A stretch of 64,000 bases of DNA. It comes from Setoptus koraiensis (Eukaryota > Animalia > Arthropoda). Under the pieces are notes generated by a model. The model was not told the DNA's origin and made no database searches. It saw only the letters and a program-made list of their open reading frames with translations. Each line of letters begins with the position of its first letter. Position 1 is the stretch's first letter. This document shows, in pieces, positions 1 to 10,522 of the stretch. A program made the position numbers and the translations under genes. The stretch lies in NCBI GenBank assembly GCA_048013815.1, contig CM106585.1, positions 19,964,001-20,028,000 on the forward strand. The letters are read 5' to 3'.

Positions 1-1565
1 GGTCACTGCATATATAGAGAGTGCTCACGGCGGGCCGATAGCGCTGAGTGCGCCCAGTGCGCACAATGCCGGTGATGCGGCCGTGTTGACGTTCACTGCG
101 GCTCTGGCCGCAACGCTGGCGATGCTGGCGCCGCGGTCATCGGTCAGCGACCGGTGAATGGAGAGTTTGTTCACCTGTGCGTTGCGCAACAAGCAGCGCC
201 CAGCGGCGACCCGGCGCAGCGAGGTGAGAGACACCGCAGACAGGCCGCTGTTGGCCGCTGTCGAGCCACCGGCTGGCCAGCCAGCGAGACTCTTGAACTC
301 TCGCGAGTCGCGAGTGGCCACTCGCGACGGACATATCATACATATTACGTAATGTGTGGTTGCAGTGCGCCGCTGAGCTTTCCATTTGGCGGCCGTCGGC
401 GTGTCCAGTGCGGCGGCGGCGGCGGCCAGAATGAACTCTGTTGTGTGATGATTGGCCATTTGTTCGTCGTTGGCGCGTCGCGCTCACAAGCTCGTCGGCT
501 CGCCGGCAACAGGTGGGACGGCGGCGCAACAAGTGAGACAACGACAGCGGCAAGCGAGACAGCAACAAGTGAGACAACGACACCGCAGACAAGCGAAATG
601 GCGAGTCATTGTCCTGCGCCGGAGACAACAATTACTCTCGTTACGAGAGTCTCGTTGCTGTCTCGTCGCAAATCGTTCCAAGACTCGCCCCAGTGGATTG
701 CGCAGGCGCGGCTTGCACGCCCAGTTCGGACGCAAATTGGCCGCAAATTGCGCAACGTCCGGTCGAGGCCGGCGCGACGAGCGAGCCTCCGCCCGCGCAC
801 TTGCGCGTGCGGCGGAGGCGACCAGCGCTGCGCAAGTGCCCACGATTGCGCAATTCGTCAACGATTTGTCAAATATTGCCCGCGAGCGGCAACTGTGACA
901 ACCGTCGCGACGACTGCCGACGATTGTTGCGCGTTTTGCACCGTTTACGCAACAGGACAGACTGCGCATTTTGGGCCGGTTACGCGACAGACTGCGCGTT
1001 TTGCGCTGCTTGGCGAGAGTGGCGCCGACGCAGCGCAGCGACAGCAGCGCCCGCGAGGGCGCAAAGGGTTGTGACTGACAATTGTGACGTTATTCTCGTC
1101 ACAATTGTGCGACAATTGTGACTGCTGTCAATGTATCGCTGCTGCAAATGTGCGCCAATTTCTGGCCATGGATCTATCGCGATCCAAGCGCCTGATAGAC
1201 AGATAACGAGCGCTGGCATTTGTCGAGCACTTTCGTTGGCCGCTTGTGTCCTATCGATGCGCCGATGGCGCCGATATCGACATTGGCTGGCATTCATTGG
1301 CATTGGAGCCGTCGCCGAGACCCGAGACTGTCAAATTGTGGAAAATTGTCAAAGGTCTGTTGGTCGTTTGATTTGTTTTGCAGCGATTTGTTTGTAAATA
1401 TAGTTTATATAGATAGTGGCAACTGCAGCGCAAATGGCAGCGCCGCGTGCGCAGCCAGTTCATGAGACAATCAATGGCGAATATAAACAACAACAACAAA
1501 CATCAAGTGGCTGGCGAGCATCATATGACCATTACATCACACAATGTCGCTGCTGATGTGACAGT

Positions 1566-1624
1566 GTGTCACTGGCTGTCACTGGCTGTCACTGGCTGTC
1601 ACTGGCTGTCACTGGCTGTCACTG
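1566..1624. repeat. 10-bp tandem repeat (GTCACTGGCT) about x5-6
   Basis: Direct inspection. Confidence 0.9.
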
Positions 1625-2419
1625 ATTGGCTGCCATGGGCTGCCTCGGGCTGGCAACAAACAAACGACAATCAGCCAACAGACAGCATTAACACCCACGC
1701 CAAATGTACACATTGTCAAGGAACAATGTCAACCTTGTTAGGCCGCTAGCAACAATTACACAATTTTCAATCAGCCAGCCATTCAAAATATCAACAGCGA
1801 GTCGATTGTCACACACACACTGATAACATCTAAATCTGATGACAACTTGTTAGCCTAATTAGAGCCATATCACTTTCGCTGGCGCTCAATCAATGTTGTG
1901 CCACTCATCGACGCTCTATGCACAACAACCGCATAGATTGATCTGGATTAGATGGCGTTGTGCCGCCGCCGCCGCCGATGCTATCTCGATATCTGTCACG
2001 ATATCTCGTATCGCCGCTATCGCGCCTATCAGATGATTTGCGAGCGCGGCGCCGGTCTCGCTATCGGCGTCTGCTCGCCGCAATCGCTGCTGCCAAATCG
2101 CTGCCGCCAAATCGCTGCCGCCGGATCGCTAGCGGCGCACGGCCATCGATACTGGGATATCCGACGGATCGGCGGCTGGATATCCGACGGATCGACGTCT
2201 GGATATCCGGCGAATGGCCGTCGGAACGCGTCGCCGGGCCGACAAACTCTCGCTCTCTCTCTCTCTCTCTCTCTCGCTATCTCTCGCCGACTTTGACAAT
2301 GCTCGCTGTGCACTGTGCGCCGCGCACTGTGCGCACTTCGGCGGCGCTCAGGCGGCGCTCAAGCGGCGCACGAACGCGCCAAACCGGTTTTGCAGCAGCA
2401 AAGTTTTGCGCCGCGCACG

Positions 2420-2530
2420 GCCGACAGCAACCGACAGCAACAACCGACAACAACCACCGACAACAACAACCGACAACAACAACCGACAACAACCACCGAC
2501 AACAACAACCGACGGCAACCACCGACGGCA
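2420..2530. repeat. Degenerate CAACAACCGAC-type tandem repeat
   Basis: Direct inspection. Confidence 0.8.
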
Positions 2531-4302
2531 ATCACCATCGATGCCCATTCACCCTTGCGCCGGCACACAAATAGACGGACGCAAATAGCAAGCAAACGCA
2601 GCCAGACACAAATAGACGCCAACAGGTGAGCTCGGCAGCGCAAGTTACGTAACTTGGCCGCGCTGTGCGCCCCCAAATACTTTTCTGGCCTTTCGGCCGG
2701 CCGCTTCTTTCCCCCGCTTGGCTGGCTTCACTTGGATTCTCTCGTTTCGCTGGCATTCGTTCGGCTTGCTCGGCTTGTTCGGCTTGTTCGGCTTTCTCGC
2801 CAGCAGTGATTGCACCGATGACTTAGTGCGGAACAGGAACAGGCGTGCTTCGCTGAGCATCGTCGGAATCAACAACAACAGCAACAACCACAACAACAGC
2901 GGCTTGTCCTGTCTAGTGGCCCGGCCAACAACGAGCCAGCATCAGCGAGCGCGCTCGCAGCGAGAGAGAGATGTGAAAGTTTCAATGCTCTTTGCTCTTC
3001 CTTGTGAGGTCAAGTTCATTGGCCTTTCTCTCAGTTTGAAGTCATCGTCGTTCGCCACTCGCCAGCGTCTTGCCCGATAATTGAGCGCAAGTCATCTCGC
3101 CAGGGCAAGTGGGTCTGGCCGGCTCGCTCTTGCTCGCTGTCTGGCTCGCCGTCTGGCTATCGGGCCGCGAATTATCGGGCCGCGCGTTATCCGGCCGCGC
3201 GACGGGGACCCGGCCCAACGGGCGCAGTGGGCACAAGTTGGCGCCACTTCCGGGCCGCGCCACAATTATCGCATTTGCAGCCTTTTCACTGTGTACCGCG
3301 CCGTGGTGCCGTGTTGCTGTGGGCGCTGCCCGGTGCCGCAACTGGCGATGAAAGTCAGTGACGTCGCCAGTTGTGCGCCAGTTGTTGATTTGTTCGTTTG
3401 AGTCAAACCAACAAATCAACAGGCTGCAGGAAGAGTGAGCGTAGCATTCATCGAGACACCCGAGCTTCTGGATGCACCCTCGGGCTGATGCGAGCGCCCC
3501 TCGCGTCCTGCCCCGGAACTGCACCGGCCACAGGCTCTGCGCTAGAATTGCGCCGATTGCACCAACTAGAATTGCACCGTCGAGAGGGGCCCCCGCAGCA
3601 CATTGGCGAGCTTAGATGGCGCATTGAGCACACTGTCACTGGCCTTGCCAAAATTTTGGCCAAGCGCACAGGTGAGCGCTCAGCTGTGCGCGGTGTCGGC
3701 CGACAGTTGTCAAACGATCAACAACTATCGATCGGTGCACAGGGGTCACGGTGGTGTTTTCATTGATTGTCGGCTCTGGCGGCGCTTTCATCGCGCCGGC
3801 TGTGTCATCGCGCGCACTTGCCACTTGCAACAATATGCCAGTACATTGCTGCACTGGCATATTGTTGTTGTGTGCACTGTGGACATACTATAAATAAGTC
3901 CAGCGCTCACCTGTGTGTCCAGCACAGGTGAGCGCTGGACGGACGATTGCGCAACAGTGGCCGGTTGACCGCAGTGGCCGGCTGGGCGGCGGGGTATGGC
4001 TGCGCGGCCGTGGGGTACGGTTGTGAGTCGCGGGTTGAGTCGCTCTCTGTTGGCTCACAATGGCTGGCTGGTTGGTTTGTAGGCGCGCGCTTGTGGTGGC
4101 GTATGGCGTACTCACAAGTTGAGTCCTGTCAGCCAGCGCGACTCAGCTGACATGAGTCTCATATCATGAGACGCAATGGCTGACATGAGACGCGAGACTC
4201 ACCAGATGCTGACGCTGCGCTCGACTCAGCGTAAGCTGTGCCGAGCGTAAGCTGTGCCGAGCGTGCGCGCACGCCGCGTGAGTGGCGCGGGTAAATGGGT
4301 TT

Positions 4303-4309
4303 TATAAAT
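4303..4309 (+). promoter_or_regulatory. TATA-like box upstream of Blimp-1
   Basis: TATAAAT in otherwise GC-rich sequence about 360 bp before the ATG. Confidence 0.4.
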
Positions 4310-4391
4310 GTGCGCGCCGTCGGCACACCATAAAACAGCGCACAGCGTCGCTGTGACAGCGAAGGGGCGGGCGGGGGGAAAGCGGCTCTCA

Positions 4392-4497
4392 AGTTCAAGT
4401 TCAAGTTCAAGTTTGAGCTGAGTCGGGCGCGCTGAGTCTGGGCTGAGTTCAAGTTCAAGTTGAGCCCGAGTTCAAGTTCAAGTTGAGCCTGAGTTCA
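4392..4497 (+). repeat. AGTTCA (TTCAAG) hexamer direct-repeat cluster, 8 copies in four blocks
   Basis: AGTTCA at 4392, 4398, 4404, 4446, 4452, 4469, 4475 and 4492. Confidence 0.85.
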
Positions 4498-4671
4498 AGT
4501 TTGAGCTCGCGCTGGCACTAGCGATATCTGCAGCAATGGAGCGATATAGAAATAGCTGACAGAGAGTATAGAGTCTGCGGTGAAACTCCGCCGCTGACCG
4601 CCAGTCGCCGCAGCATCAATGCAAATAGCAGCCGAGCAACAAGTTTTGGCATCAGTCTTCGAACTGGCACC

Positions 4672-7006
4672 ATGGCGACAACAACAACAACAACATCGAC
4701 AACAGCAATTGCATCACCACCAACAGCAACACCGACAGCAACAACACCGACAACACCGACAACACCGACAACACCGACAACAGCAACAGCAGCGGCCGCA
4801 ATGGCGCTGCCACTGACAACAACAACATCGCCGACAACAACATCGCCAACAACAATGTCACCCACATCGCCGACGCCAGCAACAAAGTTACGCAACATGA
4901 TCATGAGCGGCGGCCCCCGCGGCGGAACTCTGGCGGCCAGCGGCGCAATTAGCGACCAAGACAGCAGCAGCATGTCGTCGCCCGAGAACGAATTTCGGTG
5001 CCTCAAGATAAAAATGTGCAAAGTGTTCAACTACAGAAAGTTGTCCGTGCCCGTGGGCCCCATCAGCCAGCTGCCCAGCCTGGCGTCGTCGATGGGCCCG
5101 TCGTCGTCGTCGTCGGCCTCGTCGACGTCGTCCACCTCGTCCACGTCGTCGTCGTCCACATCGTCGACGTCCGCTGGCCACCATTTAGCTACGGGCTACC
5201 AACATTTGGCACCGCAACTGACACAATTGACACATTTGACCAGTGGCGGCGGCGCCGGCGGCTACCCAACCGCGCTCAGCCAACGCCAGTTTAGCCGGCG
5301 ACACTCCACTACGCACCTCGAGTGTCACCACCATTCCTCGGACATATTGTCCTCATATTTTGACTATTACCGGGCCGCGCTTCCGCTCGATCTAACCACA
5401 ACAACCAGCAACAGCATCAGCAGCAGCAGCAACAAGTCGTCGTCGTCCACAAGCTCGCAATCGCCCACCTCGTCGCTGTCGTCGCTAGCAAGCGCAACAA
5501 CCAGCAACAACAACGGCAGCAGCAACAGCAACAACAACAACCATCACGCAATCACCAGCAACCACCACGCCGCTAGCTACCATCATCAGCTGCTAGCGGC
5601 CACCGGCCCGCTGTCCAGTGGCCGGCACTCGGCGTCGCTAGCAAGCTCGTCGTGCTCGTCGTCGTCTACGTCGTCGACGTCGCCCTCGTCGTCGGCCTCG
5701 TCGCTGCTGTCGTCGTCGCTGACGTCGCCCACCACCTCAACTACCACCACCACCTCTATGTCACCACCATCGTCCTCGCAGCAGCACCCGCAGCCGCACC
5801 AGCAGCCGCACCCGCAGCACCAGTCGGCCCACTTGCAGGCCCACCACAACCTGTTGTCGCTGGCCGCGGCCGCCGCCCACCACCAGCAACAACAGCAGCA
5901 CCAGCAACAACAGCAGCAGCACCACCAGCAACAGCACCACCAGCACCACCAGCAGCCCCAGTCGAGCCCGTCGTCGCTGGCGCAGCCCCTTCTGTTGCCC
6001 GGCCTGGTGTCGCCCTCGTCGACCAGCGGCAACCACAACGGCAACCACAACAACAACCACAGCGGTCTGAGTGGCATGAACGGGCACGGTAACAGGCTGC
6101 ACATGGCCCTGAGCCATCACATGAACCAACACTCCAACAACCTGACCAGTCAGCAGCAGCAGCAAAACAAGAGCAACAACCTAGTGACCACAACAACGTC
6201 CACCACGTCGCCTCTGGCCAAGTCAATGGTCAGCGGTGGCGCAACCAACGGCAACAACGGCAATCAGCACTTTCTCAATCTCAGTGTCCAGCAGCAACAA
6301 CAGCAACAGCACCAACAGCAGCAGCACCTGTCGCCCTCGCTGAGCTCGCACATTGACAATCATCATCACCATTTGCTAAGTCAGCAACAACAGCACAACA
6401 ACAGCAACAACAACACGGCCAGCTTGCTACAGCAAACCGGCGACAACAACAACAACGGCGCAAATGCGACAACAACAACCGCCAACAACCAACAACCGAT
6501 CAACGCCGGCCTACACGACGCCACAAACAGATTGAACAATCAGGCCAATCACAACATTGGCGCACACGCGCAACATTCGCCCCTTCATTTGAGCGCCGCG
6601 CACCATCATCATCATCATCACAATCATCATCTGAATTTGAATCACAAACATCCGGCCTCGTCTCTGGCAAGCTCGTCGTCGTCGTCATCGTCGTCGTCGT
6701 CCTCTTCGTCGTCTACGAGCTCTACGTCGCCCTCGTCGTCGGCACTGCCCCATCATCATCATCAACAGTCTAGCCCGGCAAGCCAAACGTCGCCTAGTGG
6801 CGCTAGCAGCCACAGCGGCCATGGCGGCCGATTGTCGCCCTCGCTCATGCAAGAGCAGGGCTCGCCGGGCGGCGGCGCTCGCGGCTACCGGTCGCTGCCG
6901 TACCCGCTGAAGAAGAAGGACGGCAAAATGCATTACGAGTGCAATATCTGCTTGAAGACATTCGGTCAGCTGTCCAACCTAAAGGTGCACCTGAGGACGC
7001 ACACAG
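4672..7006 (+). CDS. Blimp-1: Blimp-1/PRDM1 coding exon 1 (low-complexity N-terminal region + zinc finger 1)
   Basis: CACCATGG start at 4672. Ends ...[42 protein letters not shown], the diagnostic Blimp-1 ZF1 context. Donor CAG|GTGAGT at 7006/7007, phase 1. An upstream exon cannot be excluded. Confidence 0.9.
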
Positions 7007-7056
7007 GTGAGTACTGACTGATTAACTGATCTAGTTGATTAGCTCTTTGATTGGTC

Positions 7057-7146
7057 AATTTTGGTCGATTTCGATCAATTTTCGGTCAATTTTCGGTCAA
7101 TTTTCGGTCAATTTTTGGTCAATTTTTGATCAATTTTTGATCAATT
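7057..7146. repeat. About 11-bp tandem repeat (TTTTCGGTCAA) in Blimp-1 intron 1
   Basis: About 7-8 degenerate units. Confidence 0.85.
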
Positions 7147-7281
7147 GTCCATTGAGTGTCACTCGTTTACTAGTGTCTAACGCCATATTTGCACATCTTT
7201 CCTCATTTGCATATTTGCCATTTGCGTATCTTTGCTCATTTGCATATCTGCGCATATTTCCATATTTCGACACGTGAGCAG

Positions 7282-7449
7282 GCGAGCGACCGTTCCATTG
7301 TGATATATGCACCAAGAGTTTCACGCAATTGGCGCACCTGCAAAAGCATCATCTAGTTCACACTGGCGAGAAGCCCCATCAGTGCGACGTCTGCAATAAA
7401 CGATTCAGTTCCACCAGCAACCTGAAGACGCATCTCAGACTGCATTCCG
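7282..7449 (+). CDS. Blimp-1: Blimp-1 coding exon 2 (zinc fingers 2-3)
   Basis: Too short for the ORF track. My translation is [56 protein letters not shown](G). Acceptor GAGCAG| at 7281, donor G|GTACGT at 7449/7450. 168 nt, phase 1 to phase 1. Confidence 0.93.
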
Positions 7450-7708
7450 GTACGTAACTCAATTAGCTCAATTAGCACTCGATTAATTAATTATCCGATA
7501 ATTATCGGATGCTCGATCGAAGGCCCGTCAGCTGGCCAAAGGTCAGTTGGCGCCGCTCGCAATCGCAATCAATTAATCAATCAGTCATAAATACTAACAG
7601 ATGAACTCGCGTCTCCGTTTCTGTCTCGCCACATCGCGCACAACGCATTGTGCGAATCCGCTGTATGCCGCCGGACACCAATTAACAACAATCGAAACTT
7701 CTTATTAG

Positions 7709-9459
7709 GTCAGAAGCCATACGTTTGCGATCTTTGCCCGGCAAAATTCACTCAATTTGTACACCTCAAGCTGCATAAGCGATTGCACACAAACGAGCGA
7801 CCGTACACGTGCAAGAGTTGCCACAAGAAATACATTAGTGCTAGCGGTTTGCGTACCCATTGGAAAACGACCACTTGTCGGCCCAATAGGCGCACCTTGT
7901 TGAGTCGCAAGCGGCGCAGATTGCGCCTCCAACGACGACAATTGCGCCTCCAGCAGCAACAGCAGCAGCAACAGCAACAATCGCTCAAACAAGCGGTTGG
8001 TGACCGCTCGACCGGAAGTGCGGACCAAATGGACGATCTCAGCCAAGTATTGTGTCGTCGTTTGAGCGAAACAGGCACAGCAACAAACAGTGGAGCAGCG
8101 GACACAACAACAAACAAGTTGGGCTCTGCAACGGCGGCCGTCAAGCTGGACTCCTCAAGCGTTGATTTGCGCCATTTAGCGGATCAGCACGAGCAGCACG
8201 AAAACAGCAGGCAACTGCGTGATTTGCATAATTTGGACCATCGTGTCGATGATGTGGACAATGACGACGACGACGACGACGATCTCGACGCCGATCTCGA
8301 CGACGACGAGCTGCTGTTGGACGATCTGGACGACGATGACGACGACGATCTTCTGGGTCTGGAGGAGGACGATCTCGATTTGGACGACATCGACAGGCAC
8401 AGCGAGAGCGAAAATCATCATCTCATCGACGAGAACGGCTTCGAAATAGAGGACGTTGGCGAGCTAGATTCGAGCCACAACAACGGCGACAGCGGCCAAC
8501 TGTTGCTGCCAACTGCAACCACCGCCAACAGCCAGACCAAATTGAGACGATTGTCGGCGCCACCGGGCCAGCAGCACATGCCACTGGCCTCAACTAACGG
8601 CCTCAAGACCAGTGTAACAATGATGACAAACGGAAATGGCAACAACAACAGCAACAAACAACAGATAACTGTAGACACAAATCTCGGCAACAACAACAGC
8701 GGCAGCAACAACAACAACAACAACAAGTCGCCAGTGGCCAAGAAGTCGCCAGTTAAAAGTAGACGCTTTGGAGTGGTTGATATGAAGTGCATGGTGGCGC
8801 CATCTCTCGCCGCCCAGCAGCAAGCAGAGAATTTAATCATGATGTCGCCAGCCAACAACAATTCCAATCCATTAGGTGGCAATAATACGTTAGGCAATAA
8901 TCCTTCATTGGGCAACAACAGTCGGCCCCCGTCGTCACTGGCAAGTGCAATCAACAACCAACAACAAACTAACGGTATCAGCCAGCAGGCGGCGGCGGCC
9001 AAACAACGATCTCTGTCGTGCCAGATGGGCCCAAATGGTATGCAAATACAACTGCAGCAGCAACAGCAGCAACAACAAGCCGAGAACTTGATTATGATGT
9101 CACCAAACAACAACAACAACAGCAGCAGCAGACCTCCGTCGTCGTCGAGCTTGATGAGTCCGCTGACAAACGGTGCCAGTGCCAATCAGCAGGCAGCGGC
9201 CGCAGCAGCCGCCAAACAACGATCTCTGTCGTGTCAAATGGCCCCAATCAATCTGCAGTTGCAGCAGCAGCAGACTAACGGCGGACAGCAGCAACAGATT
9301 GACAGTTATCATCATCATCACTTGAATCACCTCAATCACATGACCAATCATCACCATCATCACCATCTCAATCTGAACCCATTGAACTATCATCACCATG
9401 CGCCGCCATCGTCGACCTCGTCGCCGCTGGCCGCTCATTTGCAATTAATAATCAAGTGA
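7709..9459 (+). CDS. Blimp-1: Blimp-1 coding exon 3 (zinc fingers 4-5 + acidic, Q/N/H-rich tail)
   Basis: Acceptor TTATTAG| at 7708. GQKPYVCDLCPAKFTQFVHLKLHKRLHTNERPYTCKSCHKKYISASGLRTHWKTTTC. Spliced CDS is 2335+168+1751=4254 nt (1417 aa). Confidence 0.92.
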
Positions 9460-9928
9460 TCAATTAGCGACCAATAATTATAATTTGTTGACTCGTTGTT
9501 ACGTGCTAGAGGCAACAAAGTCAGACAACAAACAACGCGCAAATGCTACGTTATGTAATCTAATGTGTATAAATTGTGTCTACGTGTATGTATTTGTACT
9601 GTACAAATTGTACAAGAGTGTGAGTGTTAGGATAGTACTCGACAACAGCAGCAACAATAATGACAAACAAAGCAACTGTTTGAATCAACTGTGAGAAATT
9701 AACAATCAATCACAATTAGAGTTGGAGAGTCAGTTGAACTCGACACTCAATTGCAACCAAAACGCAATCATGTCGATGCTATCCGTTATATATAGTTGCA
9801 ACTAAATCTACTTAATTTAATTAACATAAACTAATGTTTGTAGATACGGCTATTTATTATTATTACTATTATCGCACATGGATTTATTTATTGACATTGC
9901 AACAAACGATCAAGAGAAAGAGTAAAGA

Positions 9929-9934
9929 AATAAA
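9929..9934 (+). terminator. Candidate Blimp-1 polyadenylation signal
   Basis: AATAAA about 470 nt after the stop codon, followed by T-rich sequence (9950-10015). Confidence 0.4.
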
Positions 9935-10267
9935 GATCTATCAACAAACTTTTTTCAATGATTCACCTGTCTTGTCACTCACTATCTTATTTGTTTGGTT
10001 TTCTTTTTTTTTTGTGAAATTTGAATTCAATGGGAAAAGTACAAGATATCTTGTAATGGTAACTGCTGGTGTTCTGCATAGCCAACTAGCGCTGCCTATC
10101 GGGGTGATATAGGAATACCAGTTTGGAACCGTACTCTTTACAGGCTGCAATTTAATCTTTCTCAGAGATAATATGTGAGTGCATCACTTGAAGTGCTCAC
10201 ATATTCTCTCTGGGATAATCAAAGTCGAACGACAGTTAAAGTCAGCATAGCCAACAACATTTTCATC

Positions 10268-10522
10268 ATGTCTAAATTATTGTCGAGCATTGTCTTGTTA
10301 GCCGTATCAGTGATGGTGACCATTAACCTATCGGAACATCAAGTGTCGTGTCAGAGCAAGTTTCCCCCAACCAGAGGCCGCCGCTCAGCACCAATAGAGA
10401 TACCAGAAATAGACGTTCCAGGCGGAACTGAAAGCATATTCTTCTTTGTGAGATACAGAAAGTGCTGCGACAAGGATCCGCTGACGCACTCTTCGACGCT
10501 GTTGAACCATTCGCCAAAATGA
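10268..10522 (+). CDS. Candidate small secreted / neuropeptide-like precursor (84 aa)
   Basis: ATG at 10268 gives MSKLLSSIVLLAVSVMVTINLSEHQVSC-QSKFPPTRG-RR-SAPIEIP...KCC... This is a hydrophobic signal-like N-terminus, then Gln, then a Gly-Arg-Arg processing motif. No homolog recognised. Confidence 0.4.
   Translation: MSKLLSSIVLLAVSVMVTINLSEHQVSCQSKFPPTRGRRSAPIEIPEIDVPGGTESIFFFVRYRKCCDKDPLTHSSTLLNHSPK

Noticed and set aside
25-4460. Many 100-300 aa ORFs upstream of Blimp-1 (e.g. 154-1074, 1960-2574)
   Set aside because: Arg/Ala/Ser-rich translations of GC-rich, repeat-laden DNA that is open in several frames on both strands. No domain motifs.
7648-7708. N-terminus of the 603-aa ORF (MCESAV...), and likewise the ORF tails or heads at 7007-7017, 33845-33870, 43657-43672, 45458-45630, 58389-58520 and 58558-58569
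   Set aside because: Intronic read-through. In-phase canonical splice sites and restored conserved motifs define the true exon edges.
4518-9444. Antisense and alternate-frame ORFs over Blimp-1
   Set aside because: Shadows of trinucleotide homopolymer codon runs.
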